This document shows positions 12,601 to 27,600 of a DNA stretch of 64,000 bases, one piece after another; the stretch's first letter is position 1; each line of letters begins with the position of its first letter. A program made the translations under genes and the position numbers. A model generated the notes under the pieces. It was not told the DNA's origin, did no database searches, and was given only the letters and a program-made list of their open reading frames with translations. The stretch covers positions 4,650,001 to 4,714,000 of the forward strand of contig OZ059900.1 in the NCBI GenBank assembly GCA_964057225.1, in the 5' to 3' direction. This DNA is from Auanema rhodensis. Lineage: Eukaryota > Animalia > Nematoda.

Positions 12601-15600
12601 AGTATTCTTCTGTCTTCAACGGTATCCGAGTTACAAATCAAGATCACTTTCTTTGGATACTTAGGTGGTATAGCTACCTGTTCACAAAAAATTGGACGTC
12701 TTGGTTACCATGCATCAAACCCATTAAGATTGTGTTTCTAGACTAATATGACCATGATGACTTCATTAAATTTCACAGTATTCTTTTATCTTTAACGGTA
12801 TCCGAGTTACAAATCAAGATCACTTTCTTTGGATACTTAGGTGATATAGCTACCTGTTCACAAAAAATTGGAAGTCCTGGTTACCATGCATCAAACCCAT
12901 TAAGATTGTGTTTCTAGACTAATATGACCATGATGACTTCATTGAAATTCACAGTATTCTTCTATCTTCAACGGTATCCGAGTTACAAATCAAGATCACT
13001 TTCTTTGGATACTTAGGTGGTATAGCTACCTGTTCACAAAAAATTCGAAGTCTTGGTTACCATGCATCAAATCCTTTAAGATAGTGTTTCTAGACTAATA
13101 TAACCATGGGGACTTCATTAAATTTCACAGTATTCTTCTATCTTCAACGGTATCCGAGTTACAAATCAAGATCACTTTCTTTGGATACTTAGGTGGTATA
13201 GCTACCTCTTCACAAAAAATTGGAAGTCCTGGTTACCATGCATCAAACCCATTAAGATTGTGTTTCTAGACTAATATGACCATGATGACTTCATTGAAAT
13301 TCACAGTATTCTTCTATCTTCAACGGTATCCGAGTTACAAATCAAGATCACTTTCTTTGGATACTTAGGTGGTATAGCTACCTGTTCACAAAAAATTGGA
13401 AGTCCTGGTTACCATGCATCAAACCCATTAAGATAGTGTTTCTAGACTAATATAACCAAGGGGACTTCATTAAAATTAACAGTATTCTTCTATCTTCAAC
13501 GGTATCCGAGTTACAAATCAAGATCACTTTCTTTGGATACTTAGGTGGTATAGCTACCTGTTCACAAAAAATTCGAAGTCTTGGTTACCATGCATCAAAT
13601 CCTTTAAGATAGTGTTTCTAGACTAATATAACCATGGGGACTTCATTAAATTTCACAGTATTCTTCTATCTTCAACGGTATCCGAGTTACAAATCAAGAT
13701 CACTTTCTTTGGATACTTAGGTGGTATAGCTACCTGTTCACAAAAAATTGGACGTCTTGGTTACCATGCATCAAACCCATTAAGATTGTGTTTCTAGACT
13801 AATATGACCATGGGGACTTCTTTAAATTTCACAGTATTCTTCTATCTTTAACGGTATCCGAGTTACAAATCAAGATCACTTTCTTTGGATACTTAGGTGA
13901 TATAGCTACCTGTTCACAAAAAATTGGAAGTCCTGGTTACCATGCATCAAACCCATTAAGATTGTGTTTCTAGACTAATATGACCATGATGACTTCATTG
14001 AAATTCACAGTATTCTTCTATCTTCAACGGTATCCGAGTTACAAATCAAGATCACTTTCTTTGGATACTTAGGTGGTATAGCTACCTGTTCACAAAAAAT
14101 TCGAAGTCTTGGTTACCATGCATCAAATCCTTTAAGATAGTGTTTCTAGACTAATATAACCATGGGGACTTCATTAAATTTCACAGTATTCTTCTATCTT
14201 CAACGGTATCCGAGTTACAAATCAAGATCACTTTCTTTGGATACTTAGGTGGTATAGCTACCTGTTCACAAAAAATTGGAAGTCCTGGTTACCATGCATC
14301 AAACCCATTAAGATTGTGTTTCTAGACTAATATGACCATGATGACTTCATTAAATTTCACAGTATTCTTCTATCTTCAACGGTATCCGAGTTACAAATCA
14401 AGATCACTTTCTTTGGATACTTAGGTGGTATAGCTACCTGTTCACAAAAAATTGGAAGTCCTGGTTACCATGCATCAAACCCATTAAGATTGTGTTTCTA
14501 GACTAATATGACCATGCTGACTTCATTGAAATTCACAGTATTCTTTTATCTTTAACGGTATCCGAGTTACAAATCAAGATCACTTTCTTTGGATACTTAG
14601 GTGGTATAGCTACCTGTTCACAAAAAATTGGAAGTCCTGGTTACCATGCATCAAACCCATTAAGATTGTGTTTCTAGACTAATATGACCATGAGAAATTC
14701 ATTAAATTTCACAGTATTCTTCTATCTTCAACGGTATCCGAGTTACAAATCAAGATCACTTTCTTTGGATACTTAGGTGGTATAGCTACCTGTTCACAAA
14801 AAATTGGAAGTCTTGGTTACCATGCATCAAATCCTTTAAGATAGTGTTTCTAGACTAATATAACCATGAGAAATTCATTTAAGTTCACAGTATTCTTCTA
14901 TCTTTAACGGTATCCGAGTTACAAATCAAGATCACTTTCTTTGGATACTTAGGTGGTATAGCTACCTGTTCACAAAAAATTGGAAGTCCTGGTTACCATG
15001 CATCAAACCCATTAAGATTGTGTTTCTAGACTAATATGACCATGATGACTTCATTAAATTTCACAGTATTCTTCTATCTTCAACGGTATCCGAGTTACAA
15101 ATCAAGATCACTTTCTTTGGATACTTAGGTGGTATAGCTACCTGTTCACAAAAAATTCGAAGTCTTGGTTACCATGCATCAAATCCTTTAAGATAGTGTT
15201 TCTAGACTAATATAACCATGGGGACTTCATTAAATTTCACAGTATTCTTCTGTCTTCAACGGTATCCGAGTTACAAATCAAGATCACTTTCTTTGGATAC
15301 TTAGGTGGTATAGCTACCTGTTCACAAAAAATTGGACGTCTTGGTTACCATGCATCAAACCCATTAAGATTGTGTTTCTAGACTAATATGACCATGATGA
15401 CTCCATTAAATTTCACAGTATTCTTTTATCTTTAACGGTATCCGAGTTACAAATCAAGATCACTTTCTTTGGATACTTAGGTGATATAGCTACCTGTTCA
15501 CAAAAAATTGGAAGTCCTGGTTACCATGCATCAAACCCATTAAGATTGTGTTTCTAGACTAATATGACCATGATGACTTCATTGAAATTCACAGTATTCT

Positions 15601-18600
15601 TCTATCTTCAACGGTATCCGAGTTACAAATCAAGATCACTTTCTTTGGATACTTAGGTGGTATAGCTACCTGTTCACAAAAAATTCGAAGTCTTGGTTAC
15701 CATGCATCAAATCCTTTAAGATAGTGTTTCTAGACTAATATAACCATGGGGACTTCATTAAATTTCACAGTATTCTTCTATCTTCAACGGTATCCGAGTT
15801 ACAAATCAAGATCACTTTCTTTGGATACTTAGGTGGTATAGCTACCTCTTCACAAAAAATTGGAAGTCCTGGTTACCATGCATCAAACCCATTAAGATTG
15901 TGTTTCTAGACTAATATGACCATGATGACTTCATTGAAATTCACAGTATTCTTCTATCTTCAACGGTATCCGAGTTACAAATCAAGATCACTTTCTTTGG
16001 ATACTTAGGTGGTATAGCTACCTGTTCACAAAAAATTGGAAGTCCTGGTTACCATGCATCAAACCCATTAAGATAGTGTTTCTAGACTAATATAACCAAG
16101 GGGACTTCATTAAAATTAACAGTATTCTTCTATCTTCAACGGTATCCGAGTTACAAATCAAGATCACTTTCTTTGGATACTTAGGTGGTATAGCTACCTG
16201 TTCACAAAAAATTGGAAGTCCTGGTTACCATGCATCAAACCCATTAAGATTGTGTTTCTAGACTAATATGACCATGATGACTTCATTAAATTTCACAGTA
16301 TTCTTCTATCTTCAACGGTATCCGAGTTACAAATCAAGATCACTTTCTTTGGATACTTAGGTGGTATAGCTACCTGTTCACAAAAAATTGGAAGTCCTGG
16401 TTACCATGCATCAAACCCATTAAGATTGTGTTTCTAGACTAATATGACCATGCTGACTTCATTGAAATTCACAGTATTCTTTTATCTTTAACGGTATCCG
16501 AGTTACAAATCAAGATCACTTTCTTTGGATACTTAGGTGGTATAGCTACCTGTTCACAAAAAATTGGAAGTCTTGGTTACCATGCATCAAATCCTTTAAG
16601 ATAGTGTTTCTAGACTAATATAACCATGGGGACTTCATTAAAATTAACAGTATTCTTTTATCTTCAACGGTATCCGAGTTACAAATCAAGATCACTTTCT
16701 TTGGATACTTAGGTGGTATAGCTACCTGTTCACAAAAAATTGGAAGTCCTGGTTACCATGCATCAAACCCATTAAGATTGTGTTTCTAGACTAATATGAC
16801 CATGAGAAATTCATTAAATTTCACAGTATTCTTCTATCTTCAACGGTATCCGAGTTACAAATCAAGATCACTTTCTTTGGATACTTAGGTGGTATAGCTA
16901 CCTGTTCACAAAAAATTGGAAGTCTTGGTTACCATGCATCAAATCCTTTAAGATAGTGTTTCTAGACTAATATAACCATGAGAAATTCATTTAAGTTCAC
17001 AGTATTCTTCTATCTTTAACGGTATCCGAGTTACAAATCAAGAACACTTTCTTTGGATACTTAGGTGGTATAGCTACCTGTTCACAAAAAATTGGAAGTC
17101 TTGGTTACCATGCATCAAATCCTTTAAGATAGTGTTTCTAGACTAATATGACCATGGGAAATTCATTTAAGTTCACAGTAGTCTTCTATCTTTAACGGTA
17201 TCCGAGTTACAAATCAAGATCACTTTCTTTGGATACTTAGGTGGTATAGCTACCTGTTCACAAAAAATTGGAAGTCCTGGTTACCATGCATCAAACCCAT
17301 TAAGATTGTGTTTCTAGACTAATATGACCATGATGACTTCATTAAATTTCACAGTATTCTTTTATCTTTAACGGTATCCGAGTTACAAATCAAGATCACT
17401 TTCTTTGGATACTTAGGTGATATAGCTACCTGTTCACAAAAAATTGGAAGTCCTGGTTACCATGCATCAAACCCATTAAGATTGTGTTTCTAGACTAATA
17501 TGACCATGATGACTTCATTAAATTTCACAGTATTCTTTTATCTTTAACGGTATCCGAGTTACAAATCAAGATCACTTTCTTTGGATACTTAGGTGATATA
17601 GCTACCTGTTCACAAAAAATTGGAAGTCCTGGTTACCATGCATCAAACCCATTAAGATTGTGTTTCTAGACTAATATGACCATGGGAAATTCATTTAAGT
17701 TCACAGTAGTCTTCTATCTTTAACGGTATCCGAGTTACAAATCAAGATCACTTTCTTTGGATACTTAGGTGGTATAGCTACCTGTTCACAAAAAATTGGA
17801 AGTCCTGGTTACCATGCATCAAACCCATTAAGATTGTGTTTCTAGACTAATATGACCATGATGACTTCATTAAATTTCACAGTATTCTTTTATCTTTAAC
17901 GGTATCCGAGTTACAAATCAAGATCACTTTCTTTGGATACTTAGGTGATATAGCTACCTGTTCACAAAAAATTGGAAGTCCTGGTTACCATGCATCAAAC
18001 CCATTAAGATTGTGTTTCTAGACTAATATGACCATGATGACTTCATTGAAATTCACAGTATTCTTCTATCTTCAACGGTATCCGAGTTACAAATCAAGAT
18101 CACTTTCTTTGGATACTTAGGTGGTATAGCTACCTGTTCACAAAAAATTCGAAGTCTTGGTTACCATGCATCAAACCCATTAAGATTGTGTTTCTAGACT
18201 AATATGACCATGGGGACTTCTTTAAATTTCACAGTATTCTTCTATCTTTAACGGTATCCGAGTTACAAATCAAGATCACTTTCTTTGGATACTTAGGTGA
18301 TATAGCTACCTGTTCACAAAAAATTGGAAGTCCTGGTTACCATGCATCAAACCCATTAAGATTGTGTTTCTAGACTAATATGACCATGATGACTTCATTG
18401 AAATTCACAGTATTCTTCTATCTTCAACGGTATCCGAGTTACAAATCAAGATCACTTTCTTTGGATACTTAGGTGGTATAGCTACCTGTTCACAAAAAAT
18501 TGGAAGTCCTGGTTACCATGCATCAAACCCATTAAGATTGTGTTTCTAGACTAATATGACCATGAGAAATTCATTTAAGTTCACAGTATTCTTCTATCTT

Positions 18601-21600
18601 TAACGGTATCCGAGTTACAAATCAAGATCACTTTCTTTGGATACTTAGGTGGTATAGCTACCTGTTCACAAAAAATTGGAAGTCCTGGTTACCATGCATC
18701 AAACCCATTAAGATTGTGTTTCTAGACTAATATGACCATGGGAAATTCATTTAAGTTCACAGTAGTCTTCTATCTTTAACGGTATCCGAGTTACAAATCA
18801 AGATCACTTTCTTTGGATACTTAGGTGGTATAGCTACCTGTTCACAAAAAATTGGAAGTCCTGGTTACCATGCATCAAACCCATTAAGATTGTGTTTCTA
18901 GACTAATATGACCATGATGACTTCATTAAATTTCACAGTATTCTTTTATCTTTAACGGTATCCGAGTTACAAATCAAGATCACTTTCTTTGGATACTTAG
19001 GTGATATAGCTACCTGTTCACAAAAAATTGGAAGTCCTGGTTACCATGCATCAAACCCATTAAGATTGTGTTTCTAGACTAATATGACCATGATGACTTC
19101 ATTGAAATTCACAGTATTCTTCTATCTTCAACGGTATCCGAGTTACAAATCAAGATCACTTTCTTTGGATACTTAGGTGGTATAGCTACCTGTTCACAAA
19201 AAATTCGAAGTCTTGGTTACCATGCATCAAATCCTTTAAGATAGTGTTTCTAGACTAATATGACCATGATGACTTCATTGAAATTCACAGTATTCTTCTA
19301 TCTTCAACGGTATCCGAGTTACAAATCAAGATCACTTTCTTTGGATACTTAGGTGGTATAGCTACCTGTTCACAAAAAATTGGAAGTCCTGGTTACCATG
19401 CATCAAACCCATTAAGATTGTGTTTCTAGACTAATATAACCATGGGGACTTCATTAAATTTCACAGTATTCTTTTATCTTCAACGGTATCCGAGTTACAA
19501 ATCAAGATCAATTTCTTTGGATACTTAGGTGGTATAGCTACCTGTTCACAAAAAATTGGAAGTCCTGGTTACCATGCATCAAACCCATTAAGATTGTGTT
19601 TCTAGACTAATATGACCATGATGACTTCATTAAATTTCACAGTATTCTTCTATCTTCAACGGTATCCGAGTTACAAATCAAGATCAATTTCTTTGGATAC
19701 TTAGGTGGTATAGCTACCTGTTCACAAAAAATTGGACGTCTTGGTTACCATGCATCAAACCCATTAAGATTGTGTTTCTAGACTAATATGACCATGATGA
19801 CTTCATTAAATTTCACAGTATTCTTTTATCTTTAACGGTATCCGAGTTACAAATCAAGATCACTTTCTTTGGATACTTAGGTGGTATAGCTACCTGTTCA
19901 CAAAAAATTGGAAGTCCTGGTTACCATGCATCAAACCCATTAAGATTGTGTTTCTAGACTAATATGACCATGGGAAATTCATTTAAGTTCACAGTAGTCT
20001 TCTATCTTTAACGGTATCCGAGTTACAAATCAAGATCACTTTCTTTGGATACTTAGGTGGTATAGCTACCTGTTCACAAAAAATTGGAAGTCCTGGTTAC
20101 CATGCATCAAACCCATTAAGATTGTGTTTCTAGACTAATATGACCATGGGAAATTCATTTAAGTTCACAGTAGTCTTCTATCTTTAACGGTATCCGAGTT
20201 ACAAATCAAGATCACTTTCTTTGGATACTTAGGTGGTATAGCTACCTGTTCACAAAAAATTGGAAGTCCTGGTTACCATGCATCAAACCCATTAAGATTG
20301 TGTTTCTAGACTAATATGACCATGATGACTTCATTAAATTTCACAGTATTCTTTTATCTTTAACGGTATCCGAGTTACAAATCAAGATCACTTTCTTTGG
20401 ATACTTAGGTGGTATAGCTACCTGTTCACAAAAAATTCGAAGTCTTGGTTACCATGCATCAAATCCTTTAAGATAGTGTTTCTAGACTAATATAACCATG
20501 GGGACTTCATTAAATTTCACAGTATTCTTCTATCTTCAACGGTATCCGAGTTACAAATCAAGATCACTTTCTTTGGATACTTAGGTGGTATAGCTACCTG
20601 TTCACAAAAAATTGGACGTCTTGGTTACCATGCATCAAACCCATTAAGATTGTGTTTCTAGACTAATATGACCATGATGACTTCATTAAATTTCACAGTA
20701 TTCTTTTATCTTTAACGGTATCCGAGTTACAAATCAAGATCACTTTCTTTGGATACTTAGGTGGTATAGCTACCTGTTCACAAAAAATTGGAAGTCCTGG
20801 TTACCATGCATCAAACCCATTAAGATTGTGTTTCTAGACTAATATGACCATGATGACTTCATTAAATTTCACAGTATTCTTTTATCTTTAACGGTATCCG
20901 AGTTACAAATCAAGATCACTTTCTTTGGATACTTAGGTGGTATAGCTACCTGTTCACAAAAAATTCGAAGTCTTGGTTACCATGCATCAAATCCTTTAAG
21001 ATAGTGTTTCTAGACTAATATAACCATGGGGACTTCATTAAATTTCACAGTATTCTTCTATCTTCAACGGTATCCGAGTTACAAATCAAGATCACTTTCT
21101 TTGGATACTTAGGTGGTATAGCTACCTCTTCACAAAAAATTGGAAGTCCTGGTTACCATGCATCAAACCCATTAAGATTGTGTTTCTAGACTAATATGAC
21201 CATGATGACTTCATTGAAATTCACAGTATTCTTCTATCTTCAACGGTATCCGAGTTACAAATCAAGATCACTTTCTTTGGATACTTAGGTGGTATAGCTA
21301 CCTGTTCACAAAAAATTGGAAGTCCTGGTTACCATGCATCAAACCCATTAAGATAGTGTTTCTAGACTAATATAACCAAGGGGACTTCATTAAAATTAAC
21401 AGTATTCTTCTATCTTCAACGGTATCCGAGTTACAAATCAAGATCACTTTCTTTGGATACTTAGGTGGTATAGCTACCTGTTCACAAAAAATTGGAAGTC
21501 CTGGTTACCATGCATCAAACCCATTAAGATTGTGTTTCTAGACTAATATGACCATGATGACTTCATTAAATTTCACAGTATTCTTCTATCTTCAACGGTA

Positions 21601-24600
21601 TCCGAGTTACAAATCAAGATCACTTTCTTTGGATACTTAGGTGGTATAGCTACCTGTTCACAAAAAATTGGAAGTCCTGGTTACCATGCATCAAACCCAT
21701 TAAGATTGTGTTTCTAGACTAATATGACCATGCTGACTTCATTGAAATTCACAGTATTCTTTTATCTTTAACGGTATCCGAGTTACAAATCAAGATCACT
21801 TTCTTTGGATACTTAGGTGGTATAGCTACCTGTTCACAAAAAATTGGAAGTCCTGGTTACCATGCATCAAACCCATTAAGATTGTGTTTCTAGACTAATA
21901 TGACCATGAGAAATTCATTAAATTTCACAGTATTCTTCTATCTTCAACGGTATCCGAGTTACAAATCAAGATCACTTTCTTTGGATACTTAGGTGGTATA
22001 GCTACCTGTTCACAAAAAATTGGAAGTCTTGGTTACCATGCATCAAATCCTTTAAGATAGTGTTTCTAGACTAATATAACCATGAGAAATTCATTTAAGT
22101 TCACAGTATTCTTCTATCTTTAACGGTATCCGAGTTACAAATCAAGATCACTTTCTTTGGATACTTAGGTGGTATAGCTACCTGTTCACAAAAAATTGGA
22201 AGTCCTGGTTACCATGCATCAAACCCATTAAGATTGTGTTTCTAGACTAATATGACCATGATGACTTCATTAAATTTCACAGTATTCTTCTATCTTCAAC
22301 GGTATCCGAGTTACAAATCAAGATCACTTTCTTTGGATACTTAGGTGGTATAGCTACCTGTTCACAAAAAATTCGAAGTCTTGGTTACCATGCATCAAAT
22401 CCTTTAAGATAGTGTTTCTAGACTAATATAACCATGGGGACTTCATTAAATTTCACAGTATTCTTCTGTCTTCAACGGTATCCGAGTTACAAATCAAGAT
22501 CACTTTCTTTGGATACTTAGGTGGTATAGCTACCTGTTCACAAAAAATTGGACGTCTTGGTTACCATGCATCAAACCCATTAAGATTGTGTTTCTAGACT
22601 AATATGACCATGATGACTTCATTAAATTTCACAGTATTCTTTTATCTTTAACGGTATCCGAGTTACAAATCAAGATCACTTTCTTTGGATACTTAGGTGA
22701 TATAGCTACCTGTTCACAAAAAATTGGAAGTCCTGGTTACCATGCATCAAACCCATTAAGATTGTGTTTCTAGACTAATATGACCATGATGACTTCATTG
22801 AAATTCACAGTATTCTTCTATCTTCAACGGTATCCGAGTTACAAATCAAGATCACTTTCTTTGGATACTTAGGTGGTATAGCTACCTGTTCACAAAAAAT
22901 TCGAAGTCTTGGTTACCATGCATCAAATCCTTTAAGATAGTGTTTCTAGACTAATATAACCATGGGGACTTCATTAAATTTCACAGTATTCTTCTATCTT
23001 CAACGGTATCCGAGTTACAAATCAAGATCACTTTCTTTGGATACTTAGGTGGTATAGCTACCTCTTCACAAAAAATTGGAAGTCCTGGTTACCATGCATC
23101 AAACCCATTAAGATTGTGTTTCTAGACTAATATGACCATGATGACTTCATTGAAATTCACAGTATTCTTCTATCTTCAACGGTATCCGAGTTACAAATCA
23201 AGATCACTTTCTTTGGATACTTAGGTGGTATAGCTACCTGTTCACAAAAAATTGGAAGTCCTGGTTACCATGCATCAAACCCATTAAGATAGTGTTTCTA
23301 GACTAATATAACCAAGGGGACTTCATTAAAATTAACAGTATTCTTCTATCTTCAACGGTATCCGAGTTACAAATCAAGATCACTTTCTTTGGATACTTAG
23401 GTGGTATAGCTACCTGTTCACAAAAAATTGGAAGTCCTGGTTACCATGCATCAAACCCATTAAGATTGTGTTTCTAGACTAATATGACCATGATGACTTC
23501 ATTAAATTTCACAGTATTCTTCTATCTTCAACGGTATCCGAGTTACAAATCAAGATCACTCTCTTTGGATACTTAGGTGGTATAGCTACCTGTTCACAAA
23601 AAATTGGAAGTCCTGGTTACCATGCATCAAACCCATTAAGATTGTGTTTCTAGACTAATATGACCATGCTGACTTCATTGAAATTCACAGTATTCTTTTA
23701 TCTTTAACGGTATCCGAGTTACAAATCAAGATCACTTTCTTTGGATACTTAGGTGGTATAGCTACCTGTTCACAAAAAATTGGAAGTCCTGGTTACCATG
23801 CATCAAACCCATTAAGATTGTGTTTCTAGACTAATATGACCATGAGAAATTCATTAAATTTCACAGTATTCTTCTATCTTCAACGGTATCCGAGTTACAA
23901 ATCAAGATCACTTTCTTTGGATACTTAGGTGGTATAGCTACCTGTTCACAAAAAATTGGAAGTCTTGGTTACCATGCATCAAATCCTTTAAGATAGTGTT
24001 TCTAGACTAATATAACCATGAGAAATTCATTTAAGTTCACAGTATTCTTCTATCTTTAACGGTATCCGAGTTACAAATCAAGATCACTTTCTTTGGATAC
24101 TTAGGTGGTATAGCTACCTGTTCACAAAAAATTGGAAGTCTTGGTTACCATGCATCAAATCCTTTAAGATAGTGTTTCTAGACTAATATAACCATAGGGA
24201 CTTCATTAAAATTAACAGTATTCTTTTATCTTCAACGGTATCCGAGTTACAAATCAAGATCACTTTCTTTGGATACTTAGGTGGTATAGCTACCTGTTCA
24301 CAAAAAATTGGAAGTCTTGGTTACCATGCATCAAATCCTTTAAGATAGTGTTTCTAGACTAATATGACCATGGGAAATTCATTTAAGTTCACAGTAGTCT
24401 TCTATCTTTAACGGTATCCGAGTTACAAATCAAGATCACTTTCTTTGGATACTTAGGTGGTATAGCTACCTGTTCACAAAAAATTGGAAGTCCTGGTTAC
24501 CATGCATCAAACCCATTAAGATTGTGTTTCTAGACTAATATGACCATGGGAAATTCATTTAAGTTCACAGTAGTCTTCTATCTTTAACGGTATCCGAGTT

Positions 24601-27600
24601 ACAAATCAAGATCACTTTCTTTGGATACTTAGGTGGTATAGCTACCTGTTCACAAAAAATTGGAAGTCCTGGTTACCATGCATCAAACCCATTAAGATTG
24701 TGTTTCTAGACTAATATGACCATGATGACTTCATTAAATTTCACAGTATTCTTTTATCTTTAACGGTATCCGAGTTACAAATCAAGATCACTTTCTTTGG
24801 ATACTTAGGTGATATAGCTACCTGTTCACAAAAAATTGGAAGTCCTGGTTACCATGCATCAAACCCATTAAGATTGTGTTTCTAGACTAATATGACCATG
24901 ATGACTTCATTGAAATTCACAGTATTCTTCTATCTTCAACGGTATCCGAGTTACAAATCAAGATCACTTTCTTTGGATACTTAGGTGGTATAGCTACCTG
25001 TTCACAAAAAATTCGAAGTCTTGGTTACCATGCATCAAATCCTTTAAGATAGTGTTTCTAGACTAATATAACCATGGGGACTTCATTAAATTTCACAGTA
25101 TTCTTCTATCTTCAACGGTATCCGAGTTACAAATCAAGATCACTTTCTTTGGATACTTAGGTGGTATAGCTACCTGTTCACAAAAAATTGGACGTCTTGG
25201 TTACCATGCATCAAACCCATTAAGATTGTGTTTCTAGACTAATATGACCATGGGGACTTCTTTAAATTTCACAGTATTCTTCTATCTTTAACGGTATCCG
25301 AGTTACAAATCAAGATCACTTTCTTTGGATACTTAGGTGATATAGCTACCTGTTCACAAAAAATTGGAAGTCCTGGTTACCATGCATCAAACCCATTAAG
25401 ATTGTGTTTCTAGACTAATATGACCATGATGACTTCATTGAAATTCACAGTATTCTTCTATCTTCAACGGTATCCGAGTTACAAATCAAGATCACTTTCT
25501 TTGGATACTTAGGTGGTATAGCTACCTGTTCACAAAAAATTGGAAGTCTTGGTTACCATGCATCAAACCCATTAAGATTGTGTTTCTAGACTAATATGAC
25601 CATGGGGACTTCTTTAAATTTCACAGTATTCTTCTATCTTTAACGGTATCCGAGTTACAAATCAAGATCACTTTCTTTGGATACTTAGGTGATATAGCTA
25701 CCTGTTCACAAAAAATTGGAAGTCCTGGTTACCATGCATCAAACCCATTAAGATTGTGTTTCTAGACTAATATGACCATGATGACTTCATTGAAATTCAC
25801 AGTATTCTTCTATCTTCAACGGTATCCGAGTTACAAATCAAGATCACTTTCTTTGGATACTTAGGTGGTATAGCTACCTGTTCACAAAAAATTCGAAGTC
25901 TTGGTTACCATGCATCAAATCCTTTAAGATAGTGTTTCTAGACTAATATAACCATGGGGACTTCATTAAATTTCACAGTATTCTTCTATCTTCAACGGTA
26001 TCCGAGTTACAAATCAAGATCACTTTCTTTGGATACTTAGGTGGTATAGCTACCTGTTCACAAAAAATTGGAAGTCCTGGTTACCATGCATCAAACCCAT
26101 TAAGATTGTGTTTCTAGACTAATATGACCATGATGACTTCATTAAATTTCACAGTATTCTTCTATCTTCAACGGTATCCGAGTTACAAATCAAGATCACT
26201 TTCTTTGGATACTTAGGTGGTATAGCTACCTGTTCACAAAAAATTGGAAGTCCTGGTTACCATGCATCAAACCCATTAAGATTGTGTTTCTAGACTAATA
26301 TGACCATGCTGACTTCATTGAAATTCACAGTATTCTTTTATCTTTAACGGTATCCGAGTTACAAATCAAGATCACTTTCTTTGGATACTTAGGTGGTATA
26401 GCTACCTGTTCACAAAAAATTGGAAGTCCTGGTTACCATGCATCAAACCCATTAAGATTGTGTTTCTAGACTAATATGACCATGATGACTTCATTGAAAT
26501 TCACAGTATTCTTCTATCTTCAACGGTATCCGAGTTACAAATCAAGATCACTTTCTTTGGATACTTAGGTGGTATAGCTACCTGTTCACAAAAAATTGGA
26601 AGTCTTGGTTACCATGCATCAAATCCTTTAAGATAGTGTTTCTAGACTAATATAACCATGGGGACTTCATTAAATTTCACAGTATTCTTCTATCTTTAAC
26701 GGTATCCGAGTTACAAATCAAGATCACTTTCCTTGGATACTTAGGTGGTATAGCTACCTGTTCACAAAAAATTGGAAGTCCTGGTTACCATGCATCAAAC
26801 CCATTAAGATTGTGTTTCTAGACTAATATGACCATGAGAAATTCATTAAATTTCACAGTATTCTTCTATCTTCAACGGTATCCGAGTTACAAATCAAGAT
26901 CACTTTCTTTGGATACTTAGGTGGTATAGCTACCTGTTCACAAAAAATTGGAAGTCTTGGTTACCATGCATCAAATCCTTTAAGATAGTGTTTCTAGACT
27001 AATATAACCATGAGAAATTCATTTAAGTTCACAGTATTCTTCTATCTTTAACGGTATCCGAGTTACAAATCAAGATCACTTTCTTTGGATACTTAGGTGG
27101 TATAGCTACCTGTTCACAAAAAATTGGAAGTCCTGGTTACCATGCATCAAACCCATTAAGATTGTGTTTCTAGACTAATATGACCATGATGACTTCATTA
27201 AATTTCACAGTATTCTTCTATCTTCAACGGTATCCGAGTTACAAATCAAGATCACTTTCTTTGGATACTTAGGTGGTATAGCTACCTGTTCACAAAAAAT
27301 TCGAAGTCTTGGTTACCATGCATCAAATCCTTTAAGATAGTGTTTCTAGACTAATATAACCATGGGGACTTCATTAAATTTCACAGTATTCTTCTGTCTT
27401 CAACGGTATCCGAGTTACAAATCAAGATCACTTTCTTTGGATACTTAGGTGGTATAGCTACCTGTTCACAAAAAATTGGACGTCTTGGTTACCATGCATC
27501 AAACCCATTAAGATTGTGTTTCTAGACTAATATGACCATGATGACTTCATTAAATTTCACAGTATTCTTTTATCTTTAACGGTATCCGAGTTACAAATCA

